From: Octopus sinensis
Taxonomy: Eukaryota
Length of the DNA stretch: 64,000 bases
Assembly (NCBI RefSeq): GCF_006345805.1
Contig: NC_042997.1
Location: 140,306,001-140,370,000, forward strand
Direction: 5' to 3'
Shown: in pieces, positions 38,038 through 50,659 of the stretch
Layout: each line of letters opens with the position of its first letter
Position numbering within the stretch: position 1 is the stretch's first letter
Made by a program: the position numbers and the translations under genes
Notes under the pieces: model-generated
Told to the model about the DNA's origin: nothing
What the model saw: the letters and a program-made list of their open reading frames with translations, nothing else
Database searches by the model: none

Positions 38038-38360
38038 GTGAAGGTGCATGGCTCAGTGGTTAGAGCGTCGAGCTTACGATCGTGAGGTTGTGAGTTCGAA
38101 TCCTGGACCGGGCTGCGTGTTGTGTTCTTGAGTAAGACACTTTATTTCACGTTGCTCCAGTTAACTCAGTTGTAGAAATGAGTTGTGACGTCACAGGTGC
38201 CAAGCTGTATCTGCTTTTGCCTTTCCCTTGGATAACATTGGTGGCGTGGAGAGGGGAAGCCGGTATGCATGGGCGACTGCTGGTCTTCCATAAACAACCT
38301 TGCCCGGACTTGTGCCTGGGAGGGTAATCCGACAGTCAGTCATGACCGAAGGGGGTCTCA
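38038..38360 (+). mobile_element. SINE family D, complete, inside perfect 64-bp inverted repeats
   Basis: A-box TGGCTCAGTGG, B-box GAGTTCGAATCC; IR arms 37823-37886 and 38361-38424. Confidence 0.88.
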
Positions 38361-38520
38361 ATAATTTAATTATATCATTGTTATTTCATTGTTGAATAGA
38401 TAAAAGGTTGGTTCTTCTCTAATTTATATACATATATATTATATTTTGTGAAATTTGATTTAGTATTACTAAATTCGATTTTTCCCTGTAAGTTTGGAAT
38501 AATATTCCCTAATATTATTA

Positions 38521-38800
38521 TCTATTATATAAAATCCGTTCTGTCTGTATGTGTGTGTGCCTTCTAGGATCTCGGGCATTCCCTCCATCCGATTGCGCTC
38601 AAATTTGATATGTAGATACCGACGGTATCAGGCCGTTTATAAGTCTTGAAAATATTACAAAAATCGATTCCAGATGAGAATGCAATCGATAAAGCTGTGG
38701 GAACGTGCATTTGTACGCGCAAGTACATCAGCTGTTGCGATCGATACTACGCGTACGCGAGAAAAATGCACGTGCAGTTTGCGCAAAAAAAGCCGGCTGA
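38521..38800 (+). mobile_element. Non-autonomous Helitron, 5' part
   Basis: A|TCTATTATATAAAA start followed by GTCTGTATGTGTG, as in 22773. No 3' CTAG hairpin found. Confidence 0.55.
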
Positions 38801-40585
38801 CTTGAAATAATGCCACAAAATGCAGTATATTTAAGAGACCAAAAACGTAAGATGCAAAAGAGATATTTTCGTCAAACTTGGCAAGAAGGAAGGAAAGACT
38901 ATTTGGTTTTTTTTTGCCTTGATTTCGTTTAACAAGACCAAAAATTTTATTGAAATAAAGGCATGCTTAATTATTTTTTAATGAAAAGAAAACACTGATT
39001 GCTTTTACTCAGCAGATATGATTCAACACCGTCCATTGGACGGGGGGGGGGCGTTTTGCTCGTATAATATATAAGTATGTATGTATGTATGACATACATA
39101 TGTATATGCATACATGCACACAAACAAACACACATACACACACACGAAAGTGAAGCGAATTGGTCTCAACCAGGAATCGAAATTGTTTCACGGATATAGC
39201 AGTTAATGACACTTAATTTTTTTTTTTTCACAATTTTGACAATACGTCAATGTAAATAGAATTGACTGATCTCTAATTGCTTTTCATTCACCAACAGAAA
39301 AATGGTTTCATCTTTGAATAAACAAGCTTACAATATAAATAGTCGTTTTCCTTACATTAATGCGCTGACGAGTTAAACCATATATCCGGTTGTGTGATTT
39401 TGTATTACTTATTTTTTCAGATTTACATTGACGACTAAGGTAAATGTCAGTTTTTCTTTTTTTAATACAAAACTTCATTCTTTTCAAACATTAACCTGCA
39501 TCTATTCAAATTAAACAGCATATATATTTTCCCATGCGGCTAACCCTGTTGCCAGACTTACAGATACTTAGAAATATATTAAGGTTACCTTTTTTTTTTT
39601 TTTTTTTCCTCACGAATACTTATTGTAAAATGGCTGGACAAAACTTTGGAAATTAACTTCTCACAATATTTCAAAATTCCTAGCGAATCGGGTTGGGGAT
39701 CTCCTCAAAGGTTCAGAGCTTCTACGAACGCCATGTAAACCAGAACTACCTGTTCCATGGTTAGCGACTAACCTGACTCCCCGATTTGAGTAGATTGGTA
39801 CTCTTGTGTGGAGGGTGTTTGGACACCGAGTAGAACTAATTTCACGATCTGTGAACGAGCGCCTTGTGGGCTAACGGTCATTCAGTTGGGTAAGGCATTG
39901 GAGAACCACCCTACTATCTCTGCCAAGAAGACGCTACGTGGAAGTCAGAACGAAGTAACGGTATGGCTTCATCTGATAGCAGAACTCTCGACGGTTTCGT
40001 TATTAGCCGCAAGGGCCCAAATATAAAGGGGGACAAACAAGGACAGACAGGACACCACAGAGGGGACAATACATAGAACGAATATGATGAGACGATTATA
40101 CAATAATGGGGTTATGAATGGCTGCATGCGCCCCTCATCACATGCATTACCATTAATCTTTTTAAACTGTCCGTTTTTATCATGTATATACATAACCATT
40201 ATCATCAATCATTACAATTATTTGAACCGGTATATGTTCTCTAAAATGTTTTATTTTCGATATTATTAAACATAACATAAAACACTTCTTTTTCCTGTCG
40301 ATTTGACATACTTAACGATAGCAGAACTCTCGCATAATCGTTGTAGTGTCATCAACGCTCTGCAAAAAAAAAAAAAAAAAAAATACATGACGACTGCTGG
40401 CCCAAAGATTCGGAGTCTTTCATACCAGAGGTGTCGCTCTGTTTTGTCTTTGCGTTACTGGTAGTATAACTGACGCGCAATGCATTTTTTTTTTAAGTTG
40501 CATTCCATTCCTCTGAGCCCTAAATGACTCTATAAATCAACGGTGGTGTCAGCTCACGTTTAGCTAACTACCATTCACATCGTTA

Positions 40586-40753
40586 GGTAAGAGGGCAAGA
40601 AAGTGATGTTGACCGATGGGGCGGTTAACATCGCTTTCATGACTCATTTTCACCCCTTTTTTACCTTATCATACGCTTATGGTTTTTTTTTTGTGTTTTG
40701 TGTCTTCATGTATTGTAATTTCCCACCTTTATGGTGAATAAAAAAAAAAAAAT
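40586..40753 (+). mobile_element. Short poly(A)-tailed retroposed fragment with a 16-bp TSD
   Basis: ACCATTCACATCGTTA at 40570-40585 and 40754-40769; AATAAA running into an A-tract just before the right copy. Confidence 0.85.
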
Positions 40754-41299
40754 CACCATTCACATCGTTAATTTTCTTTTGCTTATGGCCATTAGTTGTC
40801 ATTATGCCTTAATGTTTTCTTTTTCAGTCGTTTTCTATTTCAAAGTATTTTCATAGTAAGCCCCATCCCCCCCCTATCTACTTCCCTTTCCCCAACTAAA
40901 AAGCATTTAAAAATTTCACGTTAAATTACCAGTTAATATTATTGAAAACCTGGAATAAAACTGAATATCTCCTTTCTTCATTTGTAGCCCTGAACAAAAC
41001 GAAATTTTATTAGCAAGTATTGCGTGCTAACATACAGTTTTCCCAGTAAACATGGCTTCTGGATTTTCGGTTCGTATTCTAAAATATTTTCTCTGAATAT
41101 TATAATGGGTGAAACTATACGATACATACTCGATACCACAGCAGGGATCGGAATGAAGACTAAGTTTTTATCGTGTGCTTGAAATCCATTTATCAATTGC
41201 TGACTTTTTTCATTTCTTTTAAATATCAGTTAAAATATTTAAGCATGTGCAAAATTGAGTTTTCCCACATATTCGTTCAAGTGTGGAATTTTTTCACCT

Positions 41300-41348
<49 letters not shown>

Positions 41349-42089
41349 ACCCTCCCCTCCATTTCAAGAGCTCGGATTTTTTTTTTTTTTAGCATTAAAG
41401 ATTTACGCTAAACTTAAACAACTTTTTTAATTTAAAAAAAAAAGTGAAACTAAAGGCTGTAAATATTTATAGCTGCATGTAATAAGCTTTGATCTTTCAT
41501 GAAACTTCGCTATTATCAATCTTGACCAGACTTCAGTCATCCAGATGCAATACATAGTCTCGCACCCGGACCTCTCCTTTGTGTGTGCATATACATACGG
41601 CGGGCGTCTTTCGGTTTCCGTTTACCAAATCCACTCAAGCTTTGGTCAGCGCGAGGCTCTAGTAAAATACTTGTTTCTCAACCACATGGCTCCTTGGGCA
41701 AGCTTCCAATCGCATAGTTTCATGTGACTTATATGCACCTTTTAGCATTTTACTAGATTGTTATAATGGATCCCTAAAAGAGGGAGAAGTACGTGTCTTA
41801 ATTTTTGGAAAGGGGTTCCGGACATGTTAAGCTTAGGACGTCGGATTCAAGGAGCTGAGTCTATCTGCATAAAATTTCAACTACGTTGTTATTTGAGGGC
41901 TTAGTATGAATCGAAGCCTAAACTAATTGAATTTTGTTTAAAGTGAACCAATATGTCGCTCACTTTAGAGTATTTTATTTAATGTATCAGAAGTGCTTTA
42001 TAAAATCTTAACTGAAAAATTTCTATCGATCACTAGATTTTAAAAACTGAATTCATGTTGAGAATTATTTCCGTTCTTACTCTAGGAGT

Positions 42090-42350
42090 CCATTTAACTG
42101 GGCGGGGTATATAAACACGTGATCGACATCGTGTTATACATCGCTAGTCACAATGCATTTTGCATCGCTTTAGCTTTCCAGCGATGTCACCCCGCTGGCT
42201 AGGTGAGCAGACAAGATACCCTCTGATCGGAAGGCTAGTCTATGACAGGATTGCTCATTTTCATCTGGGTGGACTGGAGTAACGTGAAATGAAGTGTTTT
42301 TCTTAAGAGCACAATACGCACGCAACTCGGTCTGGGAATCGAACCCACAA
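42090..42350 (-). mobile_element. SINE family D, diverged
   Basis: Reverse complement GATTCCCAGACC...CACTTCATTTCACGTTACTCCAGTCCAC matches 10465-10715. Confidence 0.7.
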
Positions 42351-44069
42351 TTGTTACTCGCTCAACTTCAAGAAGTAATCAATTGGATTCGTTAACCTAA
42401 ATCAGTTGGTCATCCAATCTGTATAATCTGTATAATTCGTTGATTCAATAATCCCGCGTTCGGAATAGGATTGGTTTCCTTGAATTGTATGAGCATTCAC
42501 TTGTGTTCCTACACTACAGTTTATAGGTTTTACGTGTTGAAATAATTTTTTTCTGTATCACAATTACTGTTCCTGCTGTTAACAATGATAGCGATACATT
42601 CAGTGAGGAACAGCCCCTATTTGGTGACTGGAGTTGAAGTAGTTCAATGTTTTTTTTTCTCCTAATGACGTAATTATATCAAATCAGTTCAAACTTCTCA
42701 AAATAAACATATGCTTAATCTGAAAGTTTAACTGTTACATTGTCCAAATATACTGTGTTTATATTTTGGATTATATTTATGCATTGGATAGAGCTTAAAA
42801 ATTTTCAGTTGCAGTGAACCATCAAAAATTTTGAAGAGAAATTAAAACCCAAAGGGATGAGTACATACTTGACACATCCGACCGTTTCCTAGTGGCAGTC
42901 ATAAAATTACCTGCGTTTTCTTACTAGATCATAGTTGAGATTTTAACTCCTTTCAGTTTTGGCACCTTCAAATGAGGCATGTTTTCTTTGAATTATGCTG
43001 TGTTTGTATGTAAATGTATTTGTTTATACGTTATGCTCATAACAATCAATTAATGGTACTGAACAGTTTCATGCTAATAAACTAGAATTGAGATAAATTA
43101 GCAATCATCGGACATAAATGAATGGAAAAGTATGGCTTGCGCTGTTTGTTACAAGAACTTGTTTTATATGAAATAGTTTTGTGCTTGGATACATGTCTTT
43201 ATGTAATATCACCGAAACTCTGATCTGGAAGGTATCGGTGAATCGCACGATAGGGGGTCTACATAAGTAGAATTGATTTATACGACGCACTTGTAGCCAT
43301 CCATATCTTAATGGCAGTATTTTAAAAACCAACATTTAGAATATCAATATTCCTATAGAATTATAATTCGCCGATTTAGCTGTGATTCTTTCGGAATAGT
43401 CTTGGTCGTCTTGAATCAAGTTCAATATCTAATGGATAATTTACACGCATACGTGTGATGTCTGTCATTGGTCTGTGATCAGTCTATGCCACCGCCTTCA
43501 TATATTTAGTCTAACACATCTGCCTCAGTTAAGCCCGATAATTATTCTATCTGCTGCTTTTGACCGGGTGCACGTTAACACACTAGAATCAATAGTGGGT
43601 GACGGCTACACTTTTATATGTAATCGGTGTGTTATATAGTTATAACAGTTAATGGGTGGGGAAAATATTGGAAATGACAGATTAACATACAAAACCTATC
43701 GAAAGGGACCATATTCCTTTGAATTACATTGCAACTAGAACAGGTTTTATGGAATCATACTCTTGTCAAGACTATCCGGGAAGTTGAGAAAAACTTATTA
43801 AAAGGCTATAAAAGCTGGAGGTAAAAATTTTCAAATATTTACCATCTATTAATATTCCTACTCATTGAAGCTGTAAAGATATTTAACTGCTCCTCCTCCA
43901 TACTTTCCCTCGCTCCAACTTATTTTTGTTTTTCTTCTGTATAAGGCTTGCATCCCTTCAGTCTGTTGTGGACTAGAAGCTTTACACCAACGTTCAAATA
44001 GATTAAATATTATGTGCATATTATATTTAATGTATGCCTCTTTGAGTTTTTGTGTATTGTTTCTTTCAG

Positions 44070-44396
44070 GTTAAGATATATCGTTCCCCCCGCGCACGTC
44101 AAACTACTCGAAGTGATGGCTCAAAGAAGTGTGTCGCATGTAGTTCCAAGATCGTTTATATGGGATTCTTGTCAGAAAGTTCACGGAACACTGCAGCGGT
44201 CAAATCACGTAATGACTGTCCCCTTCATGGTAGAAGGGAGGAGATGCAACCCAGCATTGTCTCTTCTATTTACAATGGTGGAGGGGACAATATCTGTTCA
44301 ATCTGCTGTGACAGTTTTCGCATGGGCGAAAATATGGAAATTCTCTCTGCTTGTTTGCATAAATACCACTCACCTTGCCTAGCTGAGTGGTTAAAA
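44070..44396 (+). CDS. Penultimate coding exon of a RING-H2 finger protein (probable E3 ubiquitin ligase)
   Basis: Acceptor TTGTTTCTTTCAG|, donor AAA|GTAAGC, 327 bp, phase 0/0; ends CSICCDSFRMGENMEILSACLHKYHSPCLAEWLK. Confidence 0.85.
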
Positions 44397-44560
44397 GTAA
44401 GCGATCGTTTTGTTAATCATTTTATTCATCTGGTGAGCTGTTATGTAGGACTGCTTCAAGTGCTTGCGGTTTCGAGAGTCGAGGACATATTTTAGTGAAT
44501 GAGGCTGAGATTAAGTGGATTTAGTGCATTGCAGAAATTTTCAACCTAGTGATTCTGAGT

Positions 44561-44736
44561 GCATGACAGAGCTTTGGCATGACAGAGCTTTGGCATGACA
44601 GAGCTTTGGCATGACAGAGCTTTGGCATGACAGAGCTTTGGCATGACAGAGCTTTGGCATGACAGAGCTTTGGCATGACAGAGCTTTGACATGACAGAGC
44701 TTTGGCATGACAGAGCTTTGGCATGACAGAGCTTTG
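44561..44736. repeat. Intronic minisatellite, 11 x 16 bp
   Basis: GCATGACAGAGCTTTG x11; one unit (44689) starts with A. Confidence 0.97.
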
Positions 44737-44868
44737 GCAGAGAAACAATGACATCTGTGTTGGGATGGCATGCAACCAACAAATTCTACAAAATCCATCC
44801 ATTCTTCATTAATAACTGAAGACGCAGTGGGGTGGACAAGATTCAAACAACGAATACTCTTTTACTCT

Positions 44869-46888
44869 TTTACCTCTTTCAGTCATTTTGACTGTGGCCA
44901 TGCTGGAGCACCGCCTTTAGTCGAGAAAATCAACCCCAGGACTTATTCTTTGTAAGTCTAGTACTTATTCTATCGGTCCCTTTTGCCAAACCGCTAAGTT
45001 ACGGGGACGTAAACACACCAGCATCGGTTGTCAAGCGATGTTTGAGGGGACAAACACGGACGCACACACGCATATATGTATATGTATATGTATATGTATA
45101 TATATATATATGTATATATATGTATATATATATATGTATATATATGTATATATATATGTGTATATATATGTATATATATATGTATATATATGTATATATA
45201 TATGTATATATATATGTATATATATATGTATATATATATGTGTATATATGTGTATATATGTGTATATATGTGTATATATGTGTATATATGTGTATATATG
45301 TGTATATATATGTGTATATATATGTGTATATATATGTGTGTATATATGTGTGTATATATATGTGTATATATATGTGTATATATATGTGTGTATATATATG
45401 TGTGTATATATATGTGTATATATATGTGTATATATATGTGTATATATATGTGTATATATATGTGTATATATGTGTGTATATATGTGTGTATATATGTGTG
45501 TATATATGTGTGTATATGTGTGTATATGTGTGTGTATATGTGTGTGTATATGTGTGTGTATATGTGTGTGTATATGTGTGTGTATATGTGTGTGTATATG
45601 TGTGTGTATATGTGTGTGTATATGTGTGTGTATATGTGTGTGTATATGTGTGTGTATATGTGTGTGTATATGTGTGTGTATGTGTGTGTGTATGTGTTGT
45701 GTGTGTATGTGTGTGTGTATGTGTGTGTATATGTGTGTGTATATGTGTGTGTATATGTGTGTGTATATGTGTGTGTATATGTGTGTGTATATGTGTGTGT
45801 ATATGTGTGTGTATATGTGTGTGTATATGTGTGTGTATATGTGTGTGTATATATGTGTGTGTATATGTGTGTGTATATGTGTGTGTATATGTGTGTGTAT
45901 ATGTGTGTGTGTATGTGTGTGTGTATGTGTGTGTGTATGTGTGTGTGTATGTGTGTGTGTATGTGTGTGTGTATGTGTGTGTGTATGTGTGTGTGTATGT
46001 GTGTGTGTGTATGTGGTGTGTATATGTGTGTGTGTATATGTGTGTGTGTATATGTGTGTGTGTATGTGTGTGTGTATATGTGTGTGTGTATATGTGTGTG
46101 TGTATATGTGTGTGTGTATATGTGTGTGTGTATATGTGTGTGTGTATATGTGTGTGTGTATATATATGTATGTGTATATATATGTATGTGTATATATATG
46201 TATGTGTATATATATGTATGTGTATATATATGTATGTGTATATATATGTATGTGTATATATATGTATGTGTATATATATGTATGTGTATATATATGTATG
46301 TGTATATATATGTATGTGTATATATATGTATGTGTATATATATGTATGTGTATATATATGTATGTGTATATATATGTATGTGTATATATATGTATGTGTA
46401 TGTGTATGTGTGTATATGTGTATATGTGTATATGTGTATATGTGTATATGTGTATATATATATATATATGTGTATATGTGTATATATATGTGTATATGTG
46501 TATATATATGTGTATATGTGTATATATATGTGTATATATATGTGTATATGTGTATATATATGTGTATATGTGTATATATATGTGTATATGTGTATATATA
46601 TGTGTATATGTGTATATATATATGTGTATATGTGTATATATATATGTGTATATGTGTATATATATATGTGTATATGTGTATATATATATGTGTGTATATA
46701 TGTGTATATGTATGTGTGTGTGTATACGACGGACTTCTTTCAGTTTCCGTCTATCAAATCCACTCACAAGGCTTTGGTCGGCCCGAGGCTATAGAAGACA
46801 CTTGCCCGAGGTGCCACGCAGTGAGACTGAACCCGGAACCGTGTGGTTGGTAAGCAACTTACTTTACCACACAGCCACTCCTACGCCT
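44869..46888 (-). mobile_element. SINE family A with its internal microsatellite expanded to ~1.66 kb
   Basis: Normal tail 44869-45065 and head 46725-46888 enclose a TA/TG compound array. Confidence 0.93.
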
Positions 46889-47196
46889 ATAATCTGTAAC
46901 TTTTGTTTAAAAGATCAGTATTTATCGTGGTAGTGTTGGGTAGAATTTTCGTATCACTGGTGGGTTACGAATAGAGCAGTTTCTGCCAGATAACTGATTC
47001 CCAGTACAATGTTTGCAATTTAGTATGTGAAGGTATTGGACCCAATTTTAATACCTCAGCAAAGGTTGCATCCAGGCTTTACATGAAGATTTAATTTTGT
47101 AAAATCCCTTGGACTAGAAATGTTGTCATTGGTTAAGAGGCTGCAATTTTGGACAAGTGATCAAACGATATTCCCATGTTTATTTCAATTTATATA

Positions 47197-47542
47197 TTTA
47201 CTTGTTTGTCATTTGACTGCGGCCATGCTGGGGCACCGCATTTAGTCGAGCAAATCTACTCCGGGACTTATTCTTTGTAAGCCTAGTACTTATTCTATCA
47301 CTTTCTTTTGCCGAACCGCTAAGTTACGGACAGAAACGCACCAGCATCGGTTGCTAAGTAATGCTAGGAGACAAACATACATGTATACGACGGGCTTCTT
47401 TCAGTTTCCAACTACCAAATCCCCTGACAAGACTTTGGTCGGCCCTAGGCTATAGTAGAAGACACTTGCCAAGGATGCCACGCAATGGGACTGAACCCGG
47501 AACCTTGTGGTTGGAAAGGAAGCTACTTACGACACTGCGCCT
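47197..47542 (-). mobile_element. SINE family A
   Basis: Colinear with the family; microsatellite nearly absent. Confidence 0.88.
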
Positions 47543-48124
47543 ATGATTTACAAATTATTTTTTAAATTTGAAAATATTTCTGTGGCGACGTAATGCTCAA
47601 AGCTCTACAATATGCAAGAGAGATTGTTCTTTTTCTGACAAATCAGTTATAAGCATAATAGAACAAAGCAGATTATTATATAGACATTAAAACAAAGGAA
47701 TTAACTTTCTCGGGCATTTAAAAACTTCATATAAGGACAGGTAAGAGCGCATTTCGTTGAATACCGACAATGTTCTGTGTGAAATCTAAGTTGACTTCAC
47801 TATGAGGTTCACTTTGCCGATCGTTTTATAAATTTGGACAAGACTTCTAGAAATTTAAAAATAAAGCTTGACGGGGAAACCAACATCAATTTAGCTGATG
47901 TCTGCCGCCATTGACTGATATAGTCAATATATCGGGTGGTAAACATTTACTTGGGCCTTCTGCTCTCTCAAGGCCGTTTATTTCTTTTGCGGCATTATGA
48001 TTAGGCTTTGGTTCTAAACTGGAAATGTTAGCTAGGTGGTTCGAATCGAAGCAGAAACCTGTAACAATCGCAATCATTTGGATGATTCATAACGAATTCA
48101 CGCTTTTTCTTTTTTCTTTTCCAG

Positions 48125-48163
48125 AAGAAACGAAACTGCCCAACTTGCCGATCGAAATGTTAA
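48125..48163 (+). CDS. Terminal coding exon completing the RING-H2 domain
   Basis: Long pyrimidine tract plus CCAG| then KKRNCPTCRSKC-stop in phase 0, giving C-x2-C-x15-C-x-H-x2-H-x2-C-x10-C-x2-C. AATAAA at 48263. Confidence 0.85.
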   Translation, partial: KKRNCPTCRSKC

Positions 48164-48605
48164 TAACTTCGAACACTTGCGGAATATTAGATATTCTAAT
48201 TCTCACGAACTTTTTATGATTTTGTTTTCGATGCTTTGTTGTAAATATTTTAAAATTTTCGAAATAAATTTCTTTTAATTTTATTAAACATTTTAGTTTT
48301 TAATACCAACAAACGCTGTATTTTTACCAAAAAGGTTATATTTATCCCCACTTAAAAGTGAATGTTAGAACACAAAACTGCGATAGTTACCATAATAGAA
48401 CCTATCGTATGATTTTGTGATGCATATAAATACGTTTATATCGCTAGCGGGAGATAATTCTCCGTCATCGCCGCCGGGATTACAAGATCACGTGATTTAG
48501 GTCTTTTGTCCTTGTCGACAGACGCCCGAAATCTGAAGATTGCGATTTCACCGCCAGCAACATACATAGTCAGTGCCTAATCACATTAGTTTTACAAATA
48601 GCCAT

Positions 48606-48988
48606 ACGTAGGAGTGGCTGTGTGGTAAGTAGTTTGCTTACGAACCACTTGGTTCCGGGTTCAGTCCCACTGCGTGGCACTTTGGGCAAGTGTATTCTAC
48701 TAAAGCCTCGAGCCGACCAAAGCCTTGTGAGTGGATTTGGTAGACGGAAACTGAAAGAAGCCCGTCGTATATATGTATATATGTGTATATGTTTGTGTCT
48801 GTGTTTGTCCCCCCAACATCGCTTGACAACCGATGCTGGTGTGTTTACGTCCCCGTAACTTAGCGGTTCGGCGAAAGGAACCGATAGAATAAGTACTAGG
48901 CTTACAAAAGAATAAGTTCCGGGGTCGAGTTGCTCGATTAAAGGCGGTGCTCCAGCATGGCCGCAGTCTAATGACTGAAACAAGAGTA
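48606..48988 (+). mobile_element. SINE family A
   Basis: Colinear with 14167-14569. Confidence 0.9.
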
Positions 48989-50225
48989 AGTGAGCTTATT
49001 AAAAGTTGTAAATGCTTTGTAAATATTAAAATTTTCGAAGCGAACTTCTAATAATAAAGACATTTTTAATAGCGACAAGCTGTATTAACAAAAGGTAGGT
49101 TATCCCCACTTATAAGTAGATGTTAGAAGAAAATACTGCGGTAGTAATCATTAATAGAATCTCTTGAATTTTGTTCACAAGGATTCCAAGTCTCGAATAT
49201 CTAAATGGTTGTATTTGGGGAGAGAGGAAGATGTCACGGTTTGAGCTTTCTATTAGTAACTAGACTACTCGTAACCCGTCGAGTTACCGGAAAACTCAGT
49301 TTCCCAGCGACGGAATTTTGTTTTGTGGAGTTTTCCGAGTAATTTCGCATTCTTTCAACAAATGTTACATCGAAATCACACGGAAACTGCTCCTTTCTCC
49401 AGAAAAAGGATTTGGCTATTTCTTGCACGCCCTGCTACCATGTAACAGGTTTTTCGGGTCATTTATCGCAAATAGCTGTTATGTGGTAGCAGGCCGTGCT
49501 AGAAATATCAGCCAAATATTTGGATGTGCGATACGTTGAATGCACTTGAAAAAAACCTATGGAAATGAAAAAAAAATTCATACCTAGTATACGAGCGGGT
49601 CTTTTACGAAATATTTACCGTATGTTTTAGTCATTTTTCACTTTCAACTATTTTAATATGGCAAAAATTTTGTAATGGTATTCACTTGAAAATAATGTAA
49701 AAACCTATGTTGAAAGAAAGCTAAGATATAAATACTGTACGAAGAACTTATATTTTGAAATCACATTCACTTAAAAATATTTCTGAATGATTAAAATATT
49801 GACAACATACCACCACTTTATCGTGTTACTACTGTATAAATCTGAGCTTTAGAAATGTATTTCTATTTTCGAAATCAGTGAATGTATTTCGCTTGAATTA
49901 TGTTTACAGAGGTGGATGGGCATCGACAGCTAGCAAGCCAAACTAATCCAGACTGATGGGCAATGACTCAAACTAGTTCCTGGATACTGGTTTTGCTGGG
50001 TGGAGGTGCTTATCCTGTGTCCTTTGTAAACATAAGGACACATTAAATGTGTCATGGCTGACAGGAAGCGGTGCTTCCTTGGGCTAAATAGCAGTAGTAC
50101 TCTTCCCTTTCATGGGACTGTCACATTAGTTGACAACATACCACCACTTTATCGTGTTATTACTGAATACATCTCAGAGATTTAGAAATGTATTTCGATT
50201 AAAAAGCGAAAATAGAAACATTTAC

Positions 50226-50264
<39 letters not shown>

Positions 50265-50659
50265 AATCTAAAGGTAAGTTGCTTCCCTTTCAGAAGAATT
50301 TTCCCATTACGCACCGTTTTGGGTATTTATACCCAGAAAACAAGTATCTCAAGCAGTTGTCTGATTTACGCGAAACTTGTGTTATTCGGTTCGTATTCAT
50401 ATTTCAGGGGTACTTAATTCATAGTATTTTTCCCCATTATGCGCCTGTTTGGTTGGGTAACATCGCAAACAAGCAAGATTCAAGCTCACTTTTAATGTAT
50501 TACAGACTAGCAGAGGCACCTGGCGTTGATTGGGAATGGAATTGTTCCTTATATATTAGGAAAAAGCAAAATCTCTTGTATAGAAATTTATTCTAAATTT
50601 TTTTTCTTTTTTAATTGAGATACATAAAATCAATTTTGAATTCATAGCACAAATCGTTT

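Noticed and set aside
38038-38115. tRNA gene
   Set aside because: The A and B boxes continue into a SINE body and the acceptor stem does not close. The same applies to the other SINE heads.
43433-43640. Cys-containing frame (TCDVCHW...FICNRC) and a nearby donor at 43821 as upstream RING-gene exons
   Set aside because: There is no acceptor or start. The open frame at the 43821 donor is phase 2, incompatible with the phase 0 exon at 44070.
44561-44736. CRISPR-like regular repeat
   Set aside because: The units are contiguous with no spacers, in eukaryotic context with no cas genes. The 7281-7840 and 2987-3450 arrays also lack unique spacers.
45031-46933. ORFs of 570-630 aa in several frames
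   Set aside because: They are translations of a TA/TG microsatellite (Y/I/C/V/M/H/T repeats). The same applies to the ORFs at 12774-13232, 22248-22927, 23585-23903 and 27632-28316.
49977-50087. PHD-like peptide GWRCLSCVLCKH
   Set aside because: The ligand set is incomplete, it is bounded by stops, and there is no polypyrimidine acceptor.
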